From: Macrostomum lignano
Lineage: Eukaryota
Assembly: GCA_002269645.1 (NCBI GenBank)
Contig: NIVC01002117.1
Span: 61,886 to 125,885 of the forward strand
DNA length: 64,000 bases
Direction: 5' to 3'
A model generated the notes under the pieces. That model worked only from the letters and a program-made list of their open reading frames with translations, was not told the origin of the DNA and ran no database searches. Shown here in pieces: positions 40,235 through 52,095 of the stretch (its first letter is position 1; each line of letters begins with the position of its first letter). A program made the translations under genes and the position numbers.

Positions 40235-40675
40235 GGTGTTTAGCTTGGGGAGGGGTGTTTAGCTTGGGGAGGGGTGTTTAGCTTGGGGAGGGGTGTTTAG
40301 CTTGGGGAGGGGTGTTTAGCTTGGGGAAGGGTGTTTAGCTTGGGGAGGGGTGTTTAGCTTGGGGAAGGGTGTTTAGCTTGGGGAGGGGTGTTTAGCGTGG
40401 GGAGGGGTGTTTAGCTTGGGGAGGGGTGTTTAGCTTGGGGAGGGGTGTTTAGCTTGGGGAAGGGTGTTTAGCTTGGGGAAGGGTGTTTAGCTTGGGGAGG
40501 GGTGTTTAGCTTGGGGAGGGGTGTTTAGCTTGGGGAAGGGTGTTTAGCTTGGGGAAGGGTGTTTAGCTTGGGGAGGGGTGTTTAGCTTGGGGAGGGGTGT
40601 TTAGCTTGGGGAGGGGTGTTTAGCTTGGGGAGGGGTGTTTAGCTTGGGGAGGGGTGTTTAGCTTGGGGAGGGGTG
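40235..40675 (+). repeat. 20-bp G-rich minisatellite (GGTGTTTAGCTTGGGGAGGG)
   Basis: About 22 tandem units. Confidence 0.96.
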
Positions 40676-41195
40676 GCGAGTCCCCAATCTCAGTTTGAGG
40701 CTAAGCTAACTATGCAAACTACATAAGGGCCTTGGTTGGATCTGGGCTCTGGCAAAATGAATTGTATACTTAAAGCAGCATAATGGCATCACAATACGCC
40801 AATAAAAGCAAAAAATGAAAAAAGCACAAACAGATATGAAAGCAATGAAGCGTATTATTCCGTATTTTGATAATAAATAAGCTGTCAAAGTAAACTGGGA
40901 AGAAATTCTAGGAAAAAAAGCGTTAGTAAAAAATGGGGATATCGCGTAACACAGTGTTGGGATTTGGGATCAGTTTGTACCACAGTCTGCATGGGATGAG
41001 CATCCGAGGTATTAAATAAACGATAGACTAGAGAACAACAACTCGCCGAGCTGAACTGCTCAGAGTGCAGAAATTTGTTCAGGTGCTAACAAAAGAACTC
41101 ACAACTGTCCGTGACAATTAACAGACAACCTCTATACAGAGGAACAATTTAAGGGCCCTACAAGGATTGCCCTGGTAAAAGGCAACCGTGTTTAC

Positions 41196-41201
41196 TTTAT
41201 T
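41196..41201 (-). terminator. Candidate polyadenylation signal AATAAA of the Src-family gene
   Basis: AATAAA on the minus strand about 95 nt after the stop codon. Confidence 0.45.
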
Positions 41202-41295
41202 TGATAGTTATGCCAATCGTGAGAACGGGGATTGTCACCTGTGAAGCTTGCCCATTTGATTTTCAACAGACCTCTGACAGCTGTAGAAACCGAAC

Positions 41296-42058
41296 TCAGA
41301 GCTTGTCCTGCACGTACTGCGCCTCAGCTGTCACGCTGTAGTTCTCCAGAGCGTCCTTCAGGTAGAAAAATGTCGGCCTGCTTGCCGGGCACTCCGCCCA
41401 GCAGTCGCTCATGATCAGGTAGACGCCCGGGTCGCAGCGAATCCGGCTGCCGTCGTGCGGGTTCGGCATCCGGTAGCCGCCGGCCACCGCCTGCAGCACC
41501 TGCCGGTTGGCCATGCCCGGGTACGGCACCCGGCCGTAGGTGACAATCTCCCACATCAGGACGCCGAACGACCACACGTCCGATTTGACGCTGAACGCCC
41601 GCTGCCAGCCGGCCGCCTCCGGCGCCGTCCATCGGATTGGAAATTTGGCGCCGGCCGTGGCTGACCCGGCCGCGTCCATGATGCGAGCGAGGCCGAAGTC
41701 GGCCACTTTGAGCCAGCGGTTCTGCCCCACCAGAATGTTGGCCGCGCGCAGGTCCCGGTGCACAAAGTTCATGGTCTCCAGGTAGGCCATGCCGTCGGCC
41801 ACCTGGGCCATCATGTCTATTAGCTGGTCAAAGCACAGGCTCGAACCGGCCTCTCGGCGAAGAAAATCAAGCAGAGCGCCCTCCGGCATGAGCTCGGTGA
41901 TGATGTAGAGCGGCTCGCCGTCCGTGCAGACTCCCAGCAGTTGCACAACCCGGGGATGGTTCAGCCGGTGCAGAATCCGCGCCTCCGAGATGAAGCGCTC
42001 GGCGTCTGTGGCGTTCGGCTTCATCGTTTTGACGGCTACGTCAAGACAGTCGTTCCAT
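41296..42058 (-). CDS. Src-family tyrosine kinase, exon 4 (kinase domain and C-tail)
   Basis: Acceptor CCAG|A; WNDCLDVAVK, FISEA, YIITE, HRDLRAAN (Src-type), DFGLAR, KFPIRWTAPE, SDVWSFG, tail AQYVQDKL*; 763 nt. Confidence 0.95.
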
Positions 42059-42149
42059 CTGGTGGCGGGGGAAAGATCAACTAAAAATTCAACTCTCCTA
42101 CGTGTGTTTGGAACTCAAGTCAATCTCATGATTAAGGAGAAGAATAATT

Positions 42150-42760
42150 CGATGCTTGGTGAGCATAAGAATTTCATGATTCGTGAGCAGAGCTCCATGA
42201 TTGGTGAGCAGAAGAACTCCATGATTGGTGAGCAGAAGAACTCCATGATTGGTGAGCAGAAGAATTCAATGATTCGTGAGCAGAAGAACTTCATGATTGG
42301 TGAGCAGAACTCCATGATTGGTGAGCAGAAGAATTCAATGATTCGTGAGCAGAAGAACTTCATGATTGGTGAGCAGAACTCCATGATTGGTGAGCAGAAG
42401 AATTCAATGATTCGTGAGCAGAAGAACTTCATGATTGATGAGCAGAACTCCATGATTGGTGAGCAGAAGAATTCAATGATTCGTGAGCAGAAAAACTTCA
42501 TGATTGGTGAGCAGAACTCCATGATTGGTGAGCAGAAGAATTCAATGATTCGTGAGCAGAAGAATTCAATGATTCGTGAGCAGAAGAACTTCATGATTGG
42601 TGAGCAGAACTCCGTGATTGGTGAGCATAAATCCATAATTGGTGAGCATAAATCCATGATTGGTGAGCAGAAGAACTTCATGATTGGTGAGCAGAAGAAT
42701 TCAGTGATTGGTGAACAGAAGAATTCCATGATGGGTGAGCAGAAGAATACCATGACAGAA
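42150..42760 (+). repeat. 24/21-bp intronic minisatellite (TCCATGATTGGTGAGCAGAAGAAC)
   Basis: Tandem units in Src intron 3. Confidence 0.95.
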
Positions 42761-42799
42761 GAACCCTACGGCTCATGGAGTTGACTCAAAAGCTCCTAC

Positions 42800-43116
42800 C
42801 TGGCCAGATACACCTCGCCAAAGGAGCCTCCGCCCAGCCGGCCGCCCAGCCGGACGCAGGCCCTGTTGACCTCAACGTCGCGGAATTGCACCGGCGGCTT
42901 ATAGGCGCGCGGACAGGGCGCGGTTAGCCGACAGCCGATGCCGCCGATGTCTTCAACCTCCGAGTAGTGGGCGAGCAGGTCGCGCAGTGTCGGGAAGGTG
43001 ACTCGAGGCGCTATGTAATAACCGCCAGCGTCTGTGCACCGGATGCGAAAGTGGCGCACCAGGAAGTTCCGGTCCAGATTGGGGTCCTTGACGCGGACAC
43101 TGAGAGCGTATTGGCC
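42800..43116 (-). CDS. Src-family tyrosine kinase, exon 3 (SH2 C-half, linker, G-loop)
   Basis: Acceptor TACAG|G, donor AG|GTAGGA; GQYALSVR...VRHFRI...GYYI...LLAHYS...LGGGSFGEV; 317 nt. Confidence 0.93.
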
Positions 43117-43299
43117 CTGTAGAAAAGGTAAAACAAGGACTTCTAAAAATGAAGTGGAAGCGAACCACAAAAGTCCTGGTGAACTTTCAATAAAGAACTC
43201 CTTCGAAAAATACCACCGTCTCATATCAAAGAAATTCTTGTCTGTTTTACTTTTCTAAATCGTAAAATTATTCACAAGAGCAACGCCTTCGGTGACATC

Positions 43300-43550
43300 G
43301 TCCAACAACCAACGTCCAACAACCAATGTCCAACAACCAACGTCCAACAACCAATGTCCAACAACCAACGTCCAACAACCAATGTCCAACAACCAACGTC
43401 CAACAACCAATGTCCAACAACCAACGTCCAACAACCAATGTCCAACAACCAACGTCCAACAACCAACGTCCAACAACCAATGTCCGACAACCAATGTCCG
43501 ACAACCAACGTCCAACAACCAACGTCCAACAACCAACGTCCAACAACCAA
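43300..43550 (+). repeat. 14-bp intronic minisatellite (AACGTCCAACAACC)
   Basis: Tandem units in Src intron 2. Confidence 0.95.
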
Positions 43551-43719
43551 GGCCATTTCTCTGACTCCTGAGAACATGCAAACGCGCCAATATTGTACGC
43601 TTCTATAGCGTACTATAGGGTTATGCAGCGACCTTGACTTTATTCTCTCATGGGTGTGAATCGCAGGACAACTCCTGGCCAGTTATTGCGCACAAGCCAA
43701 TAATGAATTTTGACCACAT

Positions 43720-43782
43720 AGGGAATCAAACCAGGAGTCGTGGCGCGAGGGTTGGACACGTTTACCGCTGAGCTGGTCCGCC
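43720..43782 (-). mobile_element. Possible tRNA-derived SINE head
   Basis: Minus strand GGCGGACCAGCTCAGCGG (A-box-like) ... GGTTTGATTCC (B-box-like); weak. Confidence 0.3.
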
Positions 43783-44029
43783 TCCAAACTACGTAAAGCA
43801 ATGCATAGCTTTATAATTATGGTACGGACTAGGAGTTTTAGCCCGTTCAGGGTTTTTTTCAAACCTAATGACAATAATTAATAATTAATTACACCTGCCC
43901 TAATGGGCAGATGCGCAACCGACAGCTTAGACGTATATTGCGGGGCGCGTCTGATGGCTGCGTACGGCTGTTCAATCGAAGGACTGGGGGGTCGCCACAC
44001 GCATCCTCAACTACTCTAGCTAATGCTGG

Positions 44030-44145
44030 CACCCATTTTAATGCAGAGTTGAGTGTCTTACCCAAGGACACAATTTTTTCCCAGCGGGTAGAGAATCGAA
44101 ACCCTGACCTTTCACTCGTGAGTCCAACGCTCAACCATATACTTC
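44030..44145 (+). mobile_element. Possible SINE/LINE 3'-tail fragment
   Basis: GAGTGTCTTACCCAAGGACAC...GAATCGAAACCCTGACCTTTC resembles from memory the 3' tails of L2-type SINEs; not verified by search. Confidence 0.3.
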
Positions 44146-44286
44146 TAAGGTTATGAAATGCCTTCTAAATTGCTGCTCCAATCAATCAGAAGTCTTTTTT
44201 CACGACTGTTTCCGCTACATGAGTACGCGGACCTCCCCAGTGCCACTCCGAGACACCGCCGACAGCTGAGCCTTTCCATCCCTCAC

Positions 44287-44461
44287 CTGCGAGCTGGGCC
44301 GCAATATGTAGGTGCCGCTTGGATTTCCGGGCAGCAGGAGGTGCCGATCAGCGTCCCGACGGCTGACCTCGAACCAGGCGGCCAAGGAACTGGCCCGATC
44401 GTCCGACTCCAATTGCAGGTGATTGCCGGGCACGTAGCCTGTGAGACCGGTAGCCGAGTGC
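44287..44461 (-). CDS. Src-family tyrosine kinase, exon 2 (SH3 C-half, SH2 N-half)
   Basis: Acceptor GCCAG|G, donor CAG|GTGAGG; TGYVPGNH (SH3), WFEVSRRDA...GTYILRPS (SH2); 175 nt. Confidence 0.92.
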
Positions 44462-44882
44462 CTGGCAACAGAGAATTCGAGTGTTCGATTAAAAACCCTC
44501 AACAAGATAGAAGAGATGCTGGCAAGTGAAGGCTTTAAGGAGACAAGGTCTAAGCAGGGAACACTGTAGATAAGAAAGTGACATCCACTAAAAAACGGGG
44601 CAGAAGTGGACGAAACTCAGGTAGTAGCCTGGAGTATAGGCGGAGAAGAGCTAGTAGTACCTTCTTGCTCAGGAAGTCAGCGTTGTTATATGATTCAAAC
44701 CCGCAATAATATTGGTAATAGTAACTGCAGGAGGGCTGTGGGCAGGACATGATTGTAAAACTGTTGTGTTCCTGGGTTGCTCCTTTTGGGCAAAGCAAAC
44801 ATGAGATTCCCATTGGAATAGGATACCTAAGATTGCCCCTCTTCAGTGACACCTACGAGGGCATATACTGAATCAGTTCTAC

Positions 44883-45307
44883 CTAGCGAACCACCAGGGC
44901 TGCCGGGTGCCGCCACTAAGGATCTCCAGTTTGTCGCCGACGCAAAACGCCAGGTCGTCCTGATGTTGCGCCTTGTAGGCGAACAGGGCCCTCGCTACCA
45001 GCTGGCTCTGACGTCTGGCTGGAGGCGGCGGCGGCGGCAGCTGCTCCACCGAGTGCGGCTGCGGCAGGCGGCAACGGATTCTGGTCACCGGGGTGGCGGC
45101 ACCCACCTGCCAGGCAGTTGCCTGATGATGTTGCTGCTGTTGATGCTGTTGGAACTGCTGGTATTTGTAGTGCTGCTGTTCATACTGCATCTGCTGCTGC
45201 TGCTGCTGCTGCTGGTGATATTGCAATAGTTGTTGCTGCTGCTGCTGGTAATAGTCAAGCAGTGGAGGCTTCTCGCCAGTGACAGGCCTAGACAGAAAGC
45301 AGCCCAT
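44883..45307 (-). CDS. Src-family tyrosine kinase, exon 1 (SH4, polyQ unique region, SH3 start)
   Basis: MGCFLS (Gly2/Cys3 acylation motif), ALFAYKAQHQDDLAF...WWFA; donor AG|GTAGAA; 425 nt. The four exons join in frame: 1680 nt, 559 aa. Confidence 0.92.
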
Positions 45308-47644
45308 AGTTACAAGTTACTGGCGAGTCCTGCAACATGGATTTCGGATTGCTTTAGATTCTGCTATGCACTATTAGGACATCTTTGTCAAGATATTATT
45401 TAACATTGAAGAATATAGAATTTATATAAAATTTATAGCCTTAAAACCAATGGATTTTAAGCTTATAATAGATAAAAGTTCAAGAATATTCATGTACTAA
45501 GAAACTAATAGCAACCAATTTAAGTACACTAAAAAAAGTTGATTTACAAAAATTCTATTAAAACACATTCCTAAAGCATGGCTCTAGGTTAAAGATATAA
45601 AAGTAAAATATAGATTAGCAATAAAAAAATAATTTTTTTATAGTAAACAGTAAAGAAAGTTTTTAATTTACATATTATCACTCTTGATGTTGATGTTGAT
45701 ATTAGGCAAAGCCTAATAATGACAATCGCTTAATGTCTCCAAAAAGGTTCTTTAAGACTTTAATTAATACATAAAAAATAATATCATAAAATATTAAAAT
45801 ATACTAAAATGCGTATGGTATATTTTGATAAAAATCCTAGTTAGGTCGGAGCGCAAGCATAGACCGAGATAAGATGCAGTACCCAACCCACCACACATAA
45901 AATGCACAATTTCTGAATTGAAAATGGTGTAGAATAAAAACAGTACGTGCTAGGGACAAACAGTTTGTTAATAACTCATGATTTCTTCCTTCAAAATAGA
46001 AGATCATTACTTAAAATGCTTTACTATCTGGTATCAAGTAGATTGGTTAATACATTATGCCTATCATATAATTAACATATTTGCTTGCTATAAGCAAGAA
46101 TAAGAATATAAGATATAACTATTAGATTAAGAATGGCCTTTTAACAATATTTTAGTGAAATTGATTTGACTTTGATTCCATAAAAAAGGAAATTAACACT
46201 ATAATCTTTGATATGATATGATCAGTATTGTTTTAACTTTCTGAAGTTGTTTAATCTAATAATTTTCTGGCTATTAACTTAATGAGGTCAAACTTTTATA
46301 TAGGCCTAGCAAAAGTTACTACAGTAAAAAGACAAAAACTATTAAATAAATTGATTAACTGTCAGATTTTTCATTAAAGATACTAACAAAATAAAACACT
46401 AAAATATAATATTCAAGCCATCCTGTCTGTTGTACGAAAAACATCATAAATAGACACCGAATCATTAAAAAAATTGCAATGCAGGTGTAAACTCACTACA
46501 GGCGGCTTAGACAAGTACGCGCCTAATTCTGCACTGCAGCACTGTTGCAGAGTTTACTGATAACTTTTCGAGATCTTACGAAATTCAAGTTCCATCCTTA
46601 AATTGAAAGTTTCAAGGATTCACGAAAATAAAAAGAATTGGTTGAATCAAACGATTCAGCTTCGATTATTCGTGAATTAAAACAAAAGCACTCCCACAAT
46701 ATCAGACCGTTGCAAGTAATCATTTTACAGATGCTTTAAATTTCGTTTTTTAGCTGATTGATTCGTTTTTCTCACAGTAAGAAAAGAAAAAATTGTTGAA
46801 TAATAGTGAGTCATTTGGAATAATGCTCAGAAAATCATCATTCGTTCTATTTCTGTCGACAGGGATAAGAATAGCAACTGGGAAATTAAGTGGGGAAACC
46901 CAGAGATAGAAAGTCCATTTAAGGACAAGGGAGAACTGACAAATCGTTAGCTATAGAGAACTCCACACCTTCAGCCTCTTGCACATGGCCCGAGATGCGC
47001 GTCTAGTTGACCTAGTGCCTAAAAATGCACGCTGCTATATTGAATTTTTAGTCGACAAGCAAAATGTGCAGAAAAGTCGAATATCGCGTTATCCAATATA
47101 CTAAATTCTAATATACTAAAAATGAAATGCTTGGTTGCTTGCTTGTAATTGATTTTCTCCCGAACGGCTCAACCGATTTTCTTCAAACTTGCACCATTCG
47201 ATCAGAAATTTTCCCGGGACGGTACATGCATATTGGCTAAGAAATTGCTCAATGTTAAAGGGATTAAATATTCGAAAAACATGATTTTTTGCAAAGGTCA
47301 AGCAGCTCTTTCGACCTGAAATGCATTGTAAGAATGCTAGAGAAAAATCTGACTGGTTGAATTCTGATTCTGAAATAGATTGCATCACAATACACTTTAT
47401 TTATCGTCTGTGTACTGGCTGAATTTGACACTCAATTGAATTGCGTCACAGCTTTGAGGGTGAAAGTATAGTGCAGTACTGAATTTATATTACGTAACCA
47501 TATTGTTAACTTTCATAGACACTGGTACTGACTTGCCTAAGAAATTGATTATGTCATAACTGCTTCGCGTGACTTTTTACTCTACCTGACTTGGTGTGAG
47601 TGTTGAATTATATAAGTGGTACAAATTCACTGATAACTTCGATG

Positions 47645-47703
47645 AGAGCTAGCCTAGAGCTGAGCAGACCAGACTGCTAATGCAGCGACCTGGGTTCGAA
47701 TCT
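47645..47703 (+). other. tRNA-like Pol III A/B-box segment within the Helitron core
   Basis: TAGCCTAGAGC ... GACTGCTAAT ... GGTTCGAATC; related copies at about 3845-3901, 51130-51188, 54222-54280 and 58180-58237; not a full cloverleaf. Confidence 0.55.
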
Positions 47704-47772
47704 AAGTAGTTTAAAAGTAGTAGTGTAAAATTTTTTATTAAAAGCTTTTATTAAAGGACTAAATAAAAACAC

Positions 47773-50700
47773 TTAGATTACTGCACTCGATAAGCTAAGG
47801 ATTATTGCTCTTGGCAAACCAAGGAATACTGCACTCGATAAGCCAAGGATTATTGCTCTTGGCAAACCAAGGATTACTGCACTCGATAAGCCATGGATTA
47901 TTGCTATTAATAAACCAAGGATTACTGCACTCGATAAGCCAAGGATTATTGCTATTAATAAACCATGAATTACTGCACTCGATAAGCCAAGGATTATTGC
48001 TATTAATAAACCAAGGATTACTGCACTCATGAGCCATGGATTATTGCTATTAATAAACCAAGGATTACTGCACTCGATAAGCCAAGGATTATTGCTATTA
48101 ATAAACCAAGGATTACTGCACTCGATAAACCAAGGATTATTGCTATTAATAAACCAAGGATTACTGCACTCGATAAGCCAAGGACTATGGCTATTAATAA
48201 ACCAAGGATTACTGCACTCAATAAACCAAGGACTATTGCTCTTGGCAAACCAAGGATTACTGCACTCGATAAGCCAAGGACTATTGCTCTTGGCAAACCA
48301 AGGATTACTGCACTCGATAAGCCATGGATTATTGCTATTAATAAACCAAGGATTACTGCACTCGATAAGCCAAGGATTATTGCTATTAATAAACTAAGGA
48401 TTACTGCACTCGATAAACCAAGGATTATTGCTATTAATAAACCAAGGATTATGCACTTGGCAAACCAAGGATTACTGCAATCGATAAGCCAAGGATTATT
48501 GCTATTAATAAACCAAGCATTACTGCACTCAATAAACCAAGGACTATTGCTATTAATAAACCAAGGATTACTGCACTCAAAAAACCAAGGACTATTGCTC
48601 TTGGCAAACCAAGGATTACTGCACTCGATAAGCCAAGGATTATTGCTATTAATAAACCAAGGATTACTGCACTCAATAAACCAAGGACTATTGCTATTAA
48701 TAAACCAAGGATTACTGCACTCAATAAACCAAGGACTATTGCTCTTGGCAAACCAAGGATTACTGCACTCGATAAGCCAAGGACTATTGCTCTTGGCAAA
48801 CCAAGGATTACTGCACTCGATAAGCCATGGATTATTGCTATTAATAAACCAAGGATTACTGCACTCGATAAGCCAAGGATTATTGCTATTAATAAACCAA
48901 GGATTACTGCACTCGATAAACCAAGGATTACTGCACTTGGAAAACTAAGGATTACTGCACTCGATAAGCCAAGGATTATTGCTATTAATAAACCAAGGAT
49001 TACTGCACTCAATAAACCAAGGACTATTGCTATTAATAAACCAAGGATTACTGCACTCAATAAACCAAGGACTATTGCTCTTGGCAAACCAAGGATTACT
49101 GCACTCGATAAGCCAAGGACTATTGCTCTTGGCAAACCAAGGATTACTGCACTCGATAAGCCATGGATTATTGCTATTAATAAACCAAGGATTACTGCAC
49201 TCATAAGCCATGGATTATTGCTATTAATAAACCAAGGATTACTGCACTCGATAAGCCAAGGATTATTGCTATTAATAAACCAAGGATTACTGCACTCGAT
49301 AAACCAAGGATTATTGCTATTAATAAACCAAGGATTACTGCACTCGATAAGCCAAGGACTATTGCTATTAATAAACCAAGGATTACTGCACTCAATAAAC
49401 CAAGGACTATTGCTCTTGGCAAACCAAGGATTACTGCACTCGATAAGCCATGGATTATTGCTATTAATAAACCAAGGATTACTGCACTCGATAAGCCAAG
49501 GATTATTGCTATTAATAAACTAAGGATTACTGCACTCGATAAACCAAGGATTATTGCTATTAATAAACCAAGGATTATGCACTTGGCAAACCAAGGATTA
49601 CTGCAATCGATAAGCCAAGGATTATTGCTATTAATAAACCAAGCATTACTGCACTCAATAAACCAAGGACTATTGCTATTAATAAACCAAGGATTACTGC
49701 ACTCAAAAAACCAAGGACTATTGCTCTTGGCAAACCAAGGATTACTGCACTCGATAAGCCAAGGATTATTGCTATTAATAAACCAAGGATTACTGCACTC
49801 AATAAGCCAAGGATTATTGCTATTAATAAACCAAGGATAATTGCACTCGATAAACCAAGGATTATTGCTATTAATAAACCAAGGATTACTGCACTCGATA
49901 AGCCAAGGATTATTGCTATTAATAAACCAAGGATTATGCACTTGGCAAACCAAGGATTACTGCACTCGATAAGCCAAGGACTATTGCTCTTGGCAAACCA
50001 AGGATTACTGCACTCGATAAGCCATGGATTATTGCTATTAATAAACCAAGGATTACTGCACTCGATAAGCCAAGGATTATTGCTATTAATAAACCAAGGA
50101 TTACTGCACTTGATAAGCCAAGGATTATTGCTATTAATAAACCAAGGATTACTGCACTCGATAAACCAAGGATTATGCACTTGGCAAACCAAGGATTACT
50201 GCACTCGATAAGCCAAGGATTATTGCTATTAATAAACCAAGGATTACTGCACTCAATAAACCAAGGACTATTGCTATTAATAAACCAAGGATTACTGCAC
50301 TCAATAAACCAAGGACTATTGCTCTTGGCAAACCAAGGATTACTGCACTCGATAAGCCAAGGACTATTGCTCTTGGCAAACCAAGGATTACTGCACTCGA
50401 TAAGCCATGGATTATTGCTATTAATAAACCAAGGATTACTGCACTCGATAAGCCAAGGATTATTGCTATTAATAAACCAAGGATTACTGCACTCGATAAA
50501 CCAAGGATTATTGCTATTAATAAACCAAGGATTATGCACTTGGCAAACCAAGGATTACTGCACTCGATAAGCCAAGGATTATTGCTATTAATAAACCAAG
50601 GATTACTGCACTCGATAAGGCATGGATTATTGCTATTAATAAACCAAGGATTACTGCACTCGATAAGCCAAGGATTATTGCTATTAATAAACCATGAATT

Positions 50701-50825
50701 ACTGCACTCGATAAGCCAAGGATTATTGCTATTAATAAACCAAGGATTACTGCACTCGATAAGCCATGGATTATTGCTATTAATAAACCAAGGATTACTG
50801 CACTCGATAGCCAAGGATTACTGCG
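47773..50825 (+). repeat. 24-bp satellite, largely alternating CCAAGGATTACTGCACTCGATAAG / CCAAGGATTATTGCTATTAATAAA
   Basis: Read directly. Confidence 0.96.
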
Positions 50826-50859
50826 CTTGATAAGCTTGGCTACATGTATAGGATTATTT

Positions 50860-51085
50860 CTATCCAGGGATGCTTGCTATTTAGGGATTCTTGCTATGTG
50901 CAGGATGCTTGCTATCTGGAAGGATGCTTCTACATTATTTGGGGTATGCTTGCTATCTGCAAGATGCTTGCTATCTGCAAGATGCTTGCTATCTGCAAGA
51001 TGCTTGCTATCTGCAGATGCTTGCTATCTGGGTGGATGCTTGCTAGGAGTATTAGGGGATGCTTGCTACTGGGGGATGCTTGCTG
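50860..51085 (+). repeat. 18-19-bp minisatellite (GATGCTTGCTATCTGGGG family)
   Basis: Also at 57020-57450 and 63325-63885. Confidence 0.9.
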
Positions 51086-51247
51086 TCTTGGGAATATTTT
51101 CTATTTAGGGGTAATGACTAAAATTCATGAGAGCTAGCCTAGAGGTAAACAGACTAAACTGCTAAATGCAGGGACGATGGTTCGAATTTTTAGAGAGTAG
51201 AGTTTTTTTAATTAAAGCCTTTTAACGCCAAGACAAAAAAAATTATG

Positions 51248-52095
51248 GAAGCGTCATGTAAACAATCATACAAGCGTCATGTAAACAATCATAGAAGCGT
51301 CATGTAAAAAATCATAGAAGCGTCATGTAAAAATCATAGAAGCGTCATGTAAAAATCATAGAAGCGTAATGTAAACAATCATAGAAGCGTCATGTTAAAA
51401 TCATAAAAGCGTCATGTAAACAATCTGCAAGCGTCATGTAAACAATCATAGAAGCGTCATGTAAAAAAATCATAGAAGCGTCATGTTAAAATCATAAAAG
51501 CGTCATAAAAAATCATAGAAGCGTCATGCAAGCAATCATAGAAGCGTAATGTAAACAATCATAGAAGCGTCATGTTAAAATCATACAAGCGTCATGTAAA
51601 CAATCATACAAGCGTCATGTAAACAATCATAGAAGCGTCATGTAAACAATCATAGAAGCGTCATGTAAAAATCATAGAAGCGTCATGTAAAAATCATAGA
51701 AGCGTCATGTAAACAATCATAAAAGCGTCATGTAAACAATCATAGAAGCGTCATGTATACAATCATAGAAGCGTCATGTAAACAATCATAGAAGCGTCAT
51801 GTATACAATCATAGAAGCGTCATGTAAACAATCATAGAAGCGTCATGTAAAAATCATAGAAGCGTCATGTAAAAATCATAGAAGCGTCATGTAAAAATCA
51901 TAGAAGCGTCATGTAAAAATCATAGAAGCGTCATGTAAAAAATCATAGAAGCGTCATGTAAAAATCATAAAAGCGTCATGTAAAAAATCATAGAAGCGTC
52001 ATGTAAACAATCATACAAGCGTCATGTAAAAAATCATAGAAGCATCATAGAAGCGTCATGTAAACAAGCATAGAAGCGTCATGAAAAAATTATAG
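51248..52095 (+). repeat. 23-bp satellite (same family as 1-1230)
   Basis: Read directly. Confidence 0.96.

Noticed and set aside
41924-42784. 286-aa plus-strand ORF
   Set aside because: Antisense to Src and mostly intronic 24-bp repeat.
47645-47703. Functional tRNA-Ser gene
   Set aside because: Acceptor stem and variable arm are not recoverable; it is embedded in a repeated mobile core.
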